Of a DNA stretch of 64,000 nucleotides, positions 39,331 through 54,129 are shown piece by piece. This stretch comes from the human T2T-CHM13v2.0 reference genome, Homo sapiens. The translations under genes were made by a program, and so were the position numbers. The DNA is taken from the NCBI RefSeq assembly GCF_009914755.1, contig NC_060927.1; one strand, 5' to 3'. Every line of letters begins with the position of its first letter. Positions within the stretch are counted from its first letter, which is position 1. The notes under the pieces were generated by a model, which was not told the origin of the DNA, made no database searches, and worked only from the letters and a program-made list of their open reading frames with translations.

Positions 39331-40029
39331 AATTCTTTGAATTCTGCTCTCTAACATTAATTTATGCCAGTACCATGACACATATTCCTGAGTATTCATT
39401 TGTTATCTCAGTTTTTTAGAAGGTCAAGAAATATACAGTTCTGTCTCCCCCAAACGAAATAAAGAAACCATGTCCATAAAGTTATTTCATACTGACGTAA
39501 GTTGTTAACACAAGCTATGAAGTATCTTGAAATTCAGGTGACCCATATATAATCTTGAAAATAGCAAACTGAACTAACTTAATTCCCCAAATTCCTTTAA
39601 ACGTGGAGTCTATTAAAAAAGACTGAGAAAGAAAATAAAACTCACATATTTCCTCTTTGTGCATGTTTTACATTTGCAAATTTAAATGGATGCTAGACCA
39701 TATGTTATATAGACTTTGTCATAAGTGTTTAGAATTTTGTTCACAAAAAGCACTTTGTGAAATCTATTGTAGTTTCATCAACCTCACACAGCTGTAGTCT
39801 TTGCTTCAGGTAATGCACTTAATGCCTATCCCACTTTGCATACATAAAGAACATCAAACTTGTAAGTAATCCACGATACAAAGAAAAACACAAATGATAT
39901 CTGCACAGAGAAATACAATTTTATTTTATAACAAAAGCAGTTCATTAGCTCCTGAGTTCAAATGAGTCCAAATCCACAACTGATAGCATACTTCCCATAA
40001 GGATTCAAAAACTAAAAAGGCAGTAAATG

Positions 40030-40400
40030 TAGGTGCACAAGCAATGAAGCAGGCAGGATTCAGAAAATCTTATTTTGAGTCCTAAATCCACCACCACCTA
40101 GCTCCGTGACCTTGAGAAAGAAAATTTATTACTTTGAATCAATTTCTAGATCTGTCCTGCTTATATTATAAGCTTTTGTAAGGATAGAATTGGAAAGGCA
40201 TGTAAACGTGCTTTGTAAAGGACTATTACAAATAAATTGGTAGTACACTGCAACAGGAGTAACACAAACTGTCGGGTTTCTGGAATATTTGCTGTGCTCC
40301 AAGTGATTTTTATATTGCATCACTTAATCCTTACAAAGACACTGTAAGAGAGGAGCTCTGATCCCCATTTGACAAATGAGGAAATTGAGTTTGAGAGGAA
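40030..40400. mobile_element. Two opposed MIR fragments
   Basis: Plus: AGCTCCGTGACCTTGAGAAAG; minus: CCCCATTTGACAAATGAGGAAATTGAG. Confidence 0.6.
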
Positions 40401-41779
40401 CTCTCTACAGGTTTTCTCCAAAGCCCACTGACTTATTATTTTCATAGAGCCTTAGAAGCCAGTAGGCAAAAGGAATGAAGAGATGAATAGATGAAGGATG
40501 GTGCCATGTCACTGAGAATATGGGAATACTTGAGAAAGGATCATCCTTGAACAGCAAGGAGAAGACCTTTCCCACTAAAGTAGGAAGGAATTAGGAAGGA
40601 TTAAGTAGATGCAGATACCTTTATAGGTGATAGGATGCTTAGGGAATAACAATCAGGTATTTTCTCTTTTCTGCCTGCAATAAAAAGTTAGCTCTTCTCC
40701 TGAGGGAAGGGTTGTGATAAGGTCAGCAGTTGAGAAGAGAAGCCAAAGTTAAAAATAGGAGATGGAATTGACTAGAAACACAATGAGAATTTTCCAGGCT
40801 ATTTTGAGGATCATACGTTTGTCACTTTCTAATCCCATAAAAGTGTGTGATTTTTCTTGAGCATACATAGCAGCATGGGTGTAGATGTTGAAAAGGCAGA
40901 CCCTTGATTGATCTAGAGTTGGGTTTGACCCTGGGTGTAGCACTGATAGGGAGAGCAGACAGGGGAACTGAAGGCAGTCAACGTCCTAAGCTATGGCTGT
41001 CATCTTGTGTTCGCAACAGACTATCCTTTTTGAAATACATTTCTTTCTATTGACCTATGTTATTTAATGTATTCAATGATTTTTTTTCTTCCCTGGTTTA
41101 ACATAAGTGGAAACAAATTGTTCATTCCATTGCTTTGAGACTTGGCTCATTTGAGCTCCATAAATGTGGTCACCCTGTGCTCTGACCACAAGAGATGGTC
41201 AGGGTGTGGCCCTTGCCAGCTGGGTGGTCCTAGGGCAGGGGACTGGAACAGAGAAACAGCTAAAGTCCTTCCTCACCCATTGGGTAGATGTGTTCATGTT
41301 AAGAATGGGATTGTGATAACATACTTTCAGATTTTGAAATACAATGTGCAAACAGCTGTGACCTTGTAACAATGATCACAAAGACCTTGAGATCATTCTT
41401 ACAGTGCTCTGTTCTCCTTGCTCTGTAAGTGACAAACAATTCATATTTTGAAACAATAAATAGAACAAAGGAACTTGGTCTCATGTACTTCTTCAAATTT
41501 AGTACTGATGCTAGGTAAAGATTGTTAGATTTTGAATATAAAAGTTTCTCCAAAAATATGCCTTGTCCCTCCGTTAACAGATCTGCCTCCCATGACTAAC
41601 ACTGCCTCCCCTCTGTGCTTGACTTCTGATTGGGACTTATTATTACTCTAATTGCTGAGGGAGGACTGCTTGTTTTTAGTGAATTATTTCAATGTGTGGG
41701 AAGAAAAATCTCATAAAATGAAGACCATCTTGTAAAAAAAAAAAAAAAAAAAAAGAATTTCTCAATCCTCACCTGCATT

Positions 41780-42115
41780 TGCTTTTCTTCTTACCTTGTT
41801 TCTTTTTAATATCTCCATAATGCTTATCATCATCTGACATGCTGTATATCAACTTCTCTCTCTTCCTCTCTCCTTCCCTCTCCCTCTTTCTCCCTCTTCC
41901 TCTGTTTCTCCCTCTCCCTCTCCCTTCCTCCCTGTTTCTCTCCCTTCCTCCCTCTTTCTCTATCTTTAACCCTCTCTTCCCCCACTCCACCCCAGTATGT
42001 AAACCCCATGAAGGAAGTAAGTTCGTTTTGTTAACAGCTATATCTCATACAACTAAAACATCAACAGCCAGAGAGTGGGCACTCAGTGTTTGCTGAATGG
42101 ATGAATGAAATGAAT
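41780..42115. mobile_element. L2 3' end with a CT-rich tract (41853-41965)
   Basis: CACTCAGTGTTTGCTGAATGGATGAATGAA L2 tail. Confidence 0.7.
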
Positions 42116-43117
42116 AGATTACCAACAGGTGATAAAAATTATCAATAACCCAATAAATCTTAGGATTTAGAATTTCAATGTAAAACTAATAGAATTTAAT
42201 TGTTGAATAAGACAAGTTGAGATAACATTACTTTTCTGTCTCACCAGCAAAGTGAAATGACTTGAGGAATCATGGAGCTGAAACCAGTATCACATGAACT
42301 TTAATCCCAGAAGTCATCAGCAGGGGGTGCTACAGTCATGTGTCCCTAAGCATTACTCAGAGCCTTTTCAGAATCGTCCACAAGCTGAACATCATTTTCT
42401 TCTCCAAATACAGGAAAAATTCCTTCTGGCCAGAAAGAGAAAATTTTAACTACATTTGTAGTTGTTGTTAGTGTCTCATCAGAAAATTAGTTGGCTCAAG
42501 TTTGAGGGCTGAAACTCCTGCTTCTATAGAAACCTAAAATCTCGTTTGAAAAACCGATTCAGAAAAGCAGTATAGTAGATTGTTTTTATGTTAAACTACT
42601 AATGCTAATGTTTATCTTTATTTTATACTCTTAATAGTGCAAATTATTTGAATGTCCAGTGTTTAAGGGCAGGACATTATTCAAGGTTCATTGTATTGTA
42701 TTTCAAGCTTTGGAGAGGCCGTGCATAGTCTCACAGGTCTGTAGACACGACAGTTTGCAGGCATCTGGCAATTCACTGACTTAAACACCACTTCCAATAT
42801 AGGAATGACTTCTACAATACTTTTATCCTTTTTCTATAAGAAAACTTACAGTGACAATTCATCAAAATACAACATATATTTGTTACATTTTTATCTAACA
42901 TCGATAGCAAACTTCTTTATAATAGAGTTAACTAAAAACCTAAATGATGAGAGACCATTAGTACATTTTGTTCAAAGGAGGAAGGAGTGATTTAGATATT
43001 TGCTTTAGAAACTATATAAATATCCTAGTGATTTGAAAGAGTAGATATAGTTGGAAACTGTAGAGCATGTTAGTTAAAAGTGTAAGTTATTAGCATATTA
43101 GCCAGAAGCACTACTAG

Positions 43118-43232
43118 CCAGTGCTTCTAAAACTTGGGTGGCATTCAGAAGCACCTGTGGGACTTGGTGAAAATGCAAAGAAGGCCAGACCTTCTTCTAA
43201 GTGATTTTGTTATATACCAAAGTTCAAGAATT
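43118..43232. mobile_element. MER5-like hAT-Charlie fragment
   Basis: CAGTGCTTCTAAAACTT...CAGAAGCACCTGTGGGACTTGGTGAAAATGC...CAAAGTTCAAGAA. Confidence 0.55.
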
Positions 43233-43234
43233 AT

Positions 43235-43550
43235 CATTATTATTTTGTTTGCATTTATTTATTTATTTTGAGATGAAGTCTTGAACTGTCGGTTGGGCTG
43301 GAGTGCAATGGTGTGATCTAGGCTCACTCAAACCTCCCCGTCCCAGGTTCAAGGGATTCTCCTGCCTCAGCCTCTGGAGGAGCTGGGATTACAGGCACCC
43401 GCCACCATGCCCTGCTAATTTTTTGTGTTTTTAGTAGGGATGGGGTTTCACTATGTTGGCCAGGCTGAACTGGCTGAACTGGAGTTCAACGAGGTCTTGA
43501 ACTCCTGACCTCGTGATCTGCCCTCCTTGGCCTCCCAAAATGCTGGGATT
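43235..43550 (-). mobile_element. AluS (Sc/Sg-like), slightly 5'-truncated
   Basis: Alu body; TSD AAGAATTAT at 43226 and 43551. Confidence 0.92.
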
Positions 43551-44053
43551 AAGAATTATTGATTTAAAACAATAAAACTAGCTTTTCTCATCCATAAAGA
43601 TGTTAATATCATCTGTTGTTGTCATGGTGGGTAAATTACTCAATTTTTTAAAAATCCAGCATCTTAGTTTGTAATCACTTAAAAAATGTTAGCTATAACT
43701 AGTTCTCAAAGTATTCAATATTTTCTTTTGGAAAATCTATCTTTGCTGGTGTGACAGATAGTTACTCTACTGCACTTTGATGAAGTTGAAGTAATAGTCC
43801 CTTCCACTTACTACCCAAGTGACAAAATTTCTGTTGAATCCAGCCATCGAAAAATTAAATTGAGAAACATGAAGAACAATGAAGTCTACTAATATAAATT
43901 TTAGAAAAGATTAAATTTTCTGTGTTTTATGTAAGACTATTTAACACACAGATTTGTTTTAATCCACCTGTGTTTGAAGCTGTCATAACAATAAAGTCTT
44001 TATAATTGGAAGTGTCTTAGGTGACTACCTTTTAAAAAGGTAGACACCTTTGG

Positions 44054-44210
44054 AAGACAGGGTCTCACTCTGTTGCCCAGGCTGGACTGCAGTGATGCAA
44101 TTACAGCTCACTGCAGCCTCTACATCCTGTGCTCAAGGCTCGCTCCTCCCACCTCAGCCTCTAGAGTAGCTGGGGCTGTACAGATGAGCACCACCATACC
44201 TGATTAATTT
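44054..44210 (-). mobile_element. AluJ/FRAM right monomer
   Basis: AGACAGGGTCTCACTCTGTTGCCCAGGCTGG...CTCCCACCTCAGCCT. Confidence 0.85.
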
Positions 44211-44409
44211 TAAGCTTTACTGACCACATCTGACTAGACTCAAATTTTCATTGCTTAAGTGATTAAGCAACCAAAAAATTATATTCTTGTCATCTTAACC
44301 AGTAATGTTCTAAAAGTCTTTTTTTCTGTTGTCAAGCAGCTGTACAATTCACTCTTAGGTGTTTTCATTGAGCTTCATGGTCAGCTATAGCTGAAGTATC
44401 TCCATTTGC

Positions 44410-44414
<5 letters not shown>

Positions 44415-44442
<28 letters not shown>
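44415..44442. repeat. (CA)n microsatellite
   Basis: About 14 AC units. Confidence 0.95.
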
Positions 44443-45130
44443 CATTACTTCAAATGAAAATAACATATTTGTCTCTGCAATACAAATTATTCATTATTTT
44501 CTTTGATACTAGGGTAGGCTCAAAAATCTCATAATCATACTTGATTCTGACCACTTTCTCACATCTATTTAGCGGTCAAACCTGAAGCTACTATCTTTAT
44601 AGTATTTCTTTCTTATATTCCTAGTATAATTACCATAAAACTAATCTATCTCCTCTTTCTCTTAGAATATTGTAAAACATTGCTAATTTGTATGTATCTA
44701 CTTTCTCACTGCCTAAAAATATTCTGCTGTAAGATTGCAGATGAATTTTCCTAAAACCATACCATGTCCATGCTTACAAACTCAAGATTTCCTCAGTGCC
44801 AATAGAATGAACCCTGAAACTTCTGACCCATAGGGTTCTCCGAAATTTAACCCGACTCTTCCTCCCCAACATTTTTCTGATCTCCCTCTATTTTTGCTTT
44901 ATTGGTTTTACCTCAAATACATGATAAACATCTTCAAATAATATTCATAAATATTATTTGACAATTATTTTGAAATTTTTAAATGGACAACTCATCAAGC
45001 ACTATTAATATCCTTGCCTTTCACAGATAAAAAAACTGAAACTGAGCAAGGTTAAGTGGCTTGTCCAAGGACACAGGTAGAAAGTGACACTACTTTCCCA
45101 ACTTTTAAGATTTTCTCACTCAATTTCTGC

Positions 45131-45434
45131 TTTATTATTTATTATTTTTCCAAGACAGAGTGTTACTCCGTTTTCCAGGCTGGAGTGTAGTGACAGAATC
45201 ACAGCTCACTACAGTCTCGACTTCCTGGGCTCAGGTGATCCTCCCACCTCAACCTCCCAAGTATCTGAGACTACAGTTGTGTGACACCACATCCGGCTAA
45301 GTTTTGTATTTTTTTGTACAGATGAGGTCTAGCTATGTGGCCCACGCTAGTCTCAAACTCTTAGGCTCTAGCAATCCGCCTGCTTTGGCCTCCCAAAGTG
45401 CTAGGAATACAGGCGTGAACTACCGCACCTGACC
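45131..45434 (-). mobile_element. AluJ
   Basis: Diverged dimeric Alu with J-type GATCCTCCCACCTC. Confidence 0.9.
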
Positions 45435-45762
45435 ATATTGAGTATTTTTACTCCTTTATTTCAATAACTCCTTAGAGTTATACTTCAAGACCCATTTCCT
45501 CCCTGAATATTTTTTGGACCTAGGAAAACAATCCCTAAAATTGTCAGTTGACCAATTTAATAAATATTAAATTTAAGAACTCAGACAATGTCTAATAACT
45601 CTTTGGATTCTAAAAATCTAGCTAAATGCTTTAAGTAAATCTGTATCATTGATGAGGATAGGATGACACCGGAGTCACAAAAGGACCACTATCACAGATG
45701 GAAGAGATGATGAGCAGCAAGTAAGAACATCCAGTGCAAGTCAGTAGGCAAATAATGACAGC

Positions 45763-46478
<716 letters not shown>

Positions 46479-47524
46479 ATAGCTAAAACTTGAGCAGTGT
46501 TTTCCATTGCCAAGTATTTTTCCCAAACCCCTTAAATATATTAATGCTTGTAATATTCACTATACCCCTATCAACTAACTGCTATCATCATCCCCATTTA
46601 CACAGAAACAAATCGAGGCACCACAGGGCTTATAATTACACAGGAATCAAATCTAGGCAGACTGACTTCTTCATGTGCACCGTTAGTTCCTAGGCTATGT
46701 GGGATCATGAATCAAAGCACAGCCTTAGAACAGCCAAAACGAACACCGCTGTATTACCAAACATACTGGCACCACCACAAGACCACACACATATATACAA
46801 TAGATGAAGCCACAACATATTTGTAATAGATAAATCAAATGGGCCCCAAATCACAACCCCAGCTCAGTAAATATGTGACCCTGGATATATTAATCAACTT
46901 CCTTTGGATTGTAACTTTTTCAACATAAAAATTATCTCCAGAATTCTCTGTTCAGTCCTGCAGTTTCTTAACAGGAGACTGTCCTGACTCATCTTTCTAT
47001 TTCTCAGAACCTAGTACAGGACCCGGAACAGAGAACATGTCTAGTAAGTGTCTTTAAATGAAGAAGTCAAGGATTTATAGTCTTCATAAATTTGGGGACA
47101 AAATTTGGATATTGTTGATATTATTTAAAAATAAACATTCACTTCTAAGAGATTAAATGTGTTGGTTTTTTGGAAACATCTCTTGTTTTATTATGAGACT
47201 CAGAAAATATTTAGTATACTTGTAAATAAAACTAAAATGGGTAAAACAAAGAAATCTGCCGGGGATATTTTTTAAATAACATAGTATAGATTTTTGTAGT
47301 TATTATTCCAAAGTCGACATGTTTTCATCATAAAATATATAGCAGTATTTGTTCTAGACAAACATAACAAATAAGCAAATATTTGACTTTCTCCCCAATA
47401 CTCAATACAAAAAAAGTAAAAGAATTTTTGAAGAAATAAATCCACAAAAAAAGAGGAGATAATAACACACAGATTTTTATAAGCTAGAGAGCAAATGAAC
47501 AAATGGTAAATGACTAGTCAAAAC

Positions 47525-47672
47525 CTGAGGAGGAGAAGAAGAAAGAGAAAAAGTAGGAGAAGGAGTGGAAAGGGAAGAAGGGGAGGAGGAGAAGGAGAAT
47601 CAAAAGAGGAGAGAAGGAAGAAAAGGAGGATGAGACAGAGAAAGAGGAATAGGAGGAAAAGAAAATAAAAGG
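47525..47672. repeat. GA-rich low-complexity tract
   Basis: Nearly purine-only stretch. Confidence 0.9.
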
Positions 47673-47719
47673 ATGTCCTACAAACAAAGTCAGCAATGGG
47701 CAAAATCAAAAACCAAATC

Positions 47720-49050
47720 AATAGCCTTACTGTGCTATGAAAGAGAACATTTAGGAAAAAAGAAACACTCTTGAAAATTAAAAACTGATTCTAGAGATTT
47801 TTTAAATTAATAGAACTTTTGGAAATAATGTTAAGGAGGCTTCCCTGAAAATAATGTAAAAGTAAAATAGCCATATAATACAGAAGACAAGAAAATTAGA
47901 CGACAAGCCATTCAGTCTAATATTTGAATAATAGGAGTTACAGAAAGAAAGAGATCATAAACATTGGAGGGAGGTAAATAAACTGAGACATGAGTTTTCA
48001 TGGTAAACATATTCATTAAATACTCCATACTGGATGACGTGAGACAACTGAATGTTTGCAATTTCCAAACACTCTGAATAGCATTATCCTAGCAGCTTTT
48101 AAAGGGTTAGAGGAAAAAAAATAAAGGATATAAACAAAAGATCAGGAATCCGAATGCATCGTATTTCTTAAGGGCAACACAAAAGCTACAAACAATGGAC
48201 GAATGTCTCAACATCATGAAGGATAGTAATGTCCAATGAAGAATTCTATGTCCACTCCAACTATCTATTGAGTGTGAGTGGAGAATAAGTGCGTTTTCAG
48301 CACCCATCTTATCTCAGGGTGCCTCTGAAGATTGTGTTCCACCTAAGAAGGAGAATAAACCAAGAAAACGTAGAGACATAATAAACAGGAGATCCAAAAT
48401 CATAGAAAAGACAAAGCTACCCACAGGGTAATGTTGAAAGGGGCCAGTAGGGTAGTACAAAGGCAACCAGCCCAAAGTGGAGGACATCAGAAGGCACTGA
48501 AGGATACCTCCAAAGATGATGTAATTTACATAGTGCGTTACATGTCTGTATGCCTACAGAGTAGAATTAGATAAATGATGAAAAATTTACATTGATGAGA
48601 AATACTTAGAAAAGTAAGAAAACAGAAAACAGAAACATCAATAATTCCAGGAAAACCAAAAATAGTGGAGGACATAAAAATCATAGTGTTTTATATAACT
48701 CAGATGACAAAAACATTTATATTGTCATGAAATTTGCACACTGAATATTTATGTAACCAAAAGTACTACATAACAGTATCAGGCAAATTGGTTTCTGTGT
48801 CTGCTGGAGAGGGATGTAGAAAAGAAAGTCCAAAAATAACATCAAAACGGAAAAGTCAACAGGTAGTACAACAAAAAATTCATTAGTTTTAGAGGAAAGA
48901 AGGTAAAAGCCACAAAACCTGCTAAAGAAGTTGAAAGGGGATAACTCTGAAGAGAGGGAAATTACAAGGAAGACTTATTTTTAAAAACAAACCTTACAGA
49001 CACTTCGATTCTTAAACAGTGAGCATGTATAATTTTGATTCAAAAAACAA
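47720..49050 (+). mobile_element. L1ME-like ORF1-region fragments
   Basis: TCTAATATTTGAATAATAGGAGTTACAG; AGAATTCTATGTCCACTCCAACTATC. Confidence 0.6.
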
Positions 49051-49144
49051 AAAAACTTCCCAAACACAACACAAAATAGATTTAAAAATCATCCATAACC
49101 CTGCCACTGCCACTAAGAGAAACTCCACTGTTATTTTTATGTAA

Positions 49145-49350
49145 ATTGTAACATAAATATGTCTATATATTATGTATAAGTATTTAGATACATATGTGTA
49201 TATACTTAAATATATAAGTATCTAAATATATATGTGTATATATATTTATGTAAGTATCTATACATGTATATATATTTATATAAGTATCTAGATATATATG
49301 TATCTCTACTTAATAATTCCGTGTAATCATTATATATACACATACATATA
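49145..49350. repeat. Degenerate TA-rich tandem repeat (TATAAGTATCTA core)
   Basis: Four imperfect units about 34 bp apart. Confidence 0.7.
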
Positions 49351-51780
49351 ATGCAGATGGTGTTGAATCCATTTTACGTGGTGATGTATAATCTGCATTT
49401 GATTTTCACTAACTTTATAGTTTGACCAGTTGCTCAGACACTAAATATTCTATCACATGGTTTTATGACAACTAATATTCTCAGTTATATAGTATATATA
49501 ATTAAAATGTTAGACTATTTCAAATGTGTCATATTATAAAAATTCTACTGATTTGAAACACTTGAGCTATCTAATTAACTCAATACTCAATGAGCAGGAA
49601 CAACAATCCGTTATTACTGTCAAATAAATTTAATGCTCTTAAATGATTTTTTTAAACAAAAAGAAACAAGAATTCCAGTTAATGCATAATTCCTATATGG
49701 CCATGGAGAAAAGCAGCTGCTTCTTCAAGGAATCTTCATAGTTATAAGCTGTAAACACTCTCAGAAACATTTTTAGTAAAAAAGAAATTTATATTATCAG
49801 AAAGCTTCTGAGATCCAGTAACCAATAAGATCAAACTACTCCATATACAGGATTTAACTTCTGAAGTATTTAATATTTAGAGTAGTAATATTTTATCCTT
49901 TGTGTGTGTAGATACATATTATATATGTAAATATAATATATCCTTATTTTAATAAATTAATTTATATAAATTAATCCTGTCAATCCTCATGAGAAACTTG
50001 GGAGGCAGTTTGAACACATGCTTCTCCTATTTGAAAAATGAGAAAATTCCTTCACAGAGAATATAATTGGTTATATCAAGGTCATACTACTAATTATGAC
50101 AGAACGGAGGACAGAGCCCAGGCTCCTGACCACCAAACATCATTTTAAGGTGCCAAAGAACAGAAAGATTAAACATTGTCTTCAAATCAGAAGCACAATC
50201 CGCAGAGCAAAATTCACCACAGTCATCTTGAAAGCAATATTATCTCTAAAATAGTAAAGGTAACAACAGCACGTGAATCACTTATCAATATATCTGACAG
50301 TTTTCAGACACTGTAAAGGGGCACTTTTTATTAGTAGTCGTTCTTGTCGTCATCATAGTAATAAAAGTGGATGTAACCCTACTTACTTCATTCATGGATC
50401 AATGGCCTTTACAATACTACAGTATCTTAAGTCCAAGTTTGGTATTAAGGTTTATTATGTTGATCCTTGAAGTGATTATTTATCTCTGTTACCTAACTTT
50501 CCAAAATATTATATATATAGTTCTCCCCAAAAAAGGAGATTTTAATATTTATCCGTATTTATCCAAATAAAATAAAAATGTACTCTACTAGCAGAAGCAG
50601 TTATATTAAGTATTAGTTTTGAAGGAGTCTAATCAAATCACAGCAATAAATGACATTACTTGAAAATAATATAATGATATGAGTAGAAATAAAGATAATT
50701 ATGGGAGGAAATGGTTCCCATTTGGTAAATTACCCACAGAATGTGTTCACAAGCATAAAGATGAATGTGCTGTGTGCTAAGTTGGCAGGGAGACCAAATA
50801 CGCACATTTCTCATTTTGTCATTACTACTGTTTTATACTATTTTTTTTAAATATCACAGACAGTTTAAGCGTCATTCTTCAGATTAATTTGAACCAGGGA
50901 TTATCTTCTTTTGGAAGAATATTTGACTCACTTTGTTATATCATTTCAGAGACAGGCTCATATCCCCACCTGCTACTGATAATTCACAATCCTCTAACTG
51001 AAACAAAGATTTTTCATTTCACAGCAAAATGTAAGGAAGTAAATGTAATCATCCCTTGAATGACATCAGGAGAAATTAAATTTCAGTAGTTGAAGTAAAA
51101 AAGAAAATTCACTGATACAAGATCCTTTCTGTTATCTTTGTGCCTTGACCTTAGTAAGACTCTACTACCAAGATGATGGACAGGTTAGAGGAAAGACATG
51201 TGGATTGTGCAACTTTTAAATTCACCTCTGTACTAAGAAATGTTCCACAGAGGAATGTGCCTTGGAGATTAGAGGACAGTAGAGAGGAGTGAGAATGTAT
51301 AGTAACAGAGAAAGTGAAATTCATCTGACACAAACTACAAAGCTAGAGCTCTACAATTTTTACCTAAAACAAAACTAAGCCTTAATATTTTATGTTTGCA
51401 ATTCATTTTAGACTAGTATTTAAAATTTCTCTCATGTGTTATATTTTTCAAAATTAATTTCAAATTGTGTTTCAAATATATTTTTCACTTAGTATTATTA
51501 GTTATCATGAATTTCAGTAGTTATTTTTTCTTGGTTTTATTTACATAACTATTTGCAACAGATTCATTATTTGAGTATTATTTTTTGTTCTTTGTTTTCC
51601 CACAGAGCTTAATTCTAATGAACCAAATAACTTTTGCACTGTAAAGAATTCAAACTGAATGAGTGTCATAATTGTCACTCACATGAAATACTGTTATTTA
51701 TTTAGTTTTACATGTGGAATTTACAGAGTCAGTACTAAATTTATTGAAAATTATGCCAAATAAAATTATATCTCCAAACA

Positions 51781-51800
51781 CTTCCAGAACTTTCCAGAAA
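51781..51800. promoter_or_regulatory. Perfect four-pentamer heat-shock element (motif only)
   Basis: cTTCcaGAActTTCcaGAAa. Confidence 0.45.
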
Positions 51801-54129
51801 ACATATTTTGTATTTAACAAATTCTCCTATGTAGCCTTACAGCTTTCTTCTCAGGATTTGTCACTGTCAATCAATTAAAAACAGAGACTTTGAAGCAGAT
51901 GTCAAGGGCATTTGATCTATGTCTTAACTGATCAACACTGAAGATTAATAACGGGATTTCCACAAAATCTGTGGAACTAGGAAAGTTACTCTTTGGATAA
52001 AATCTTTCTTTGTATCAGTTCCAGGTGTAGGTGAAAAAAAAAGCTTCATGTGTAAAGGACATTCCAAAGTGAAGGTGAATAACATCTTGATACCTGTCAT
52101 AAATCCCTTCTTACCAGTAAATTAGTTTTCTGATTGTAAGGGACAAATGACGGCTAGGCACAACTAACTTTTTTTTTTTTGCTGTGGACATTGTTTTACT
52201 GAGGTATATAAGGAAAAATTGTGTTAAGACACAATGTATAAAACAGTAACATATTAAGCTATTATAAATTGTAATGAGTTCAGTTTTACAGTCGGATTTC
52301 AAAAAATGAAAAATAAACTTGCAGTAATGTTCATACGAGCTACCACTACACTGAAGCTTGGATTCACAAAGGTAAAGATTACTGTGGGCATACATAGTCC
52401 ACAAACATCATTGTTTTCAGAAACACTTCCCAAAAGAATATTAATTTAATGAAGAAATCCATTTCAAAGGCCAATGATCTTGGCTGGGAATATGTACAGA
52501 ACTATAGCTCTTAGGCCTACCTAATAAGAAAGGAAATTTTAAAACTTTTTAGTTAGAATCTGTAAGAGAAACATCTTTTTTTATGAGAAGAATGAAAATT
52601 GGTGTGAATAGGAACATTCATTTTCTTACAAGCATGTGTCATGGCTTCAAACAAGGCTTTTTTTTCTCAGTGTAATGGCAGTTGTTATTTGGAACTATCC
52701 CCCACACTGATGATAATTTAAAAACATGTTAACATAAAATAATATCACTAGACATTTCTAATCTATCTGAATGAGATAATAGGCTGATTTCATCTAGTAC
52801 CCACATTAAATTCATAAAATTTCTTGCATATGTCTACATTAATCTGGGAAATGGTTATATTTAGTAAAGAAAAAATAATGATCTGAGAAGTGTTTATTTT
52901 TGCATATATTTGCTTCAATATCTTCCATCCTACTAGAGGCTGTATAAAGTGTGTGCATGTACCTGTGTGTATGTAGCCAATAGTGATTATTTTAAAAGTT
53001 GTGTAATATGTTTAAACTCTTGAAGTCATGTCATAATAAACCAGAGTAAGTGATGGTTCTCTGGAAATACAATATACCACAGAAATTACATTTATAAAAA
53101 AATTGACATTTATATTCCATGTAACTAATTAAAAATCAAGGGCCACACAGATTGACAATAAAATAATCAGTAAGAAACTTTAAAAAAAGAAGAAAGATTA
53201 TAGATTTTTTGTTTCTAAATGGATCACTTTCTTTATGGAATTAAAGTTCTTAAGTATCCCACAAAATGAAGTAAAATTATTATATCTTCAAGGCCAGCTT
53301 AGATTTTCCATGATAAAAGACAATTCATATTTGCAGCTTTATATAAGACTGGCTTTTCTCTTGCCACTCTTTGCTAGTAAAGTTAACAGAAAGAAATATA
53401 AAATAAATATTACTTTTAATAGCTGGTAAATTATAATAAATGCAATAGGTTGTTTTATATCACTTTGTGATAATTTAATATTATTGATATCTATGATTTG
53501 GAAAACATAATTAAAAGTGGTATTTTTATCTATTATTATTACTTTGTCTTCTTGTAAACTCGAGTAATTTAAATGGAAGAACTGTGGAGCTGAGCCACAG
53601 AGCTGAGGTTGGGGCAAACCTAGACAGCATCAGAGAACTACATCTTGCCTTGGGGACTGAGTCCAATAAAGTTTTCTCAGACAAACAGTGCAATTCTGGT
53701 GTTAAGTGGTCTAAAATAAGAAGCAGCATCTGAACATATGATCAGGGTTCTGTACCAAGTGTTCACATGCCGATAAAAATCCCCATTCTGCAGGCTTCCA
53801 AGAGCTCTGGTCCAGAAATCAAGAAAACCTAGGAACTGTGAGCTCATGAGGTACCTGGGTAGCAGACCATGTGTGTCATTGGACAGTCTGATGAATCCTC
53901 CTATATAAATTTCACATGGCCCTACATTTTTTTAAAAGTCATCTCCATATACAGCAACTCAGAATTCAACACATGATGTGGCAAATATTTAATTGAGATT
54001 CAACAACACATGATGTAGAAAATATTTAATGGAGATTCAACATCTCCAAGCCCATTTGAATTAGGGTGTGTAGGAGGCACAGGGTGAGGTGGTGATGGCA
54101 GGTCCATATATCACAGTTTGAGAAATAGC

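Noticed and set aside
41769-42096. Arg/Glu-rich and Leu/Pro-rich ORFs (also 47514-47721)
   Set aside because: Translations of CT/GA low-complexity tracts
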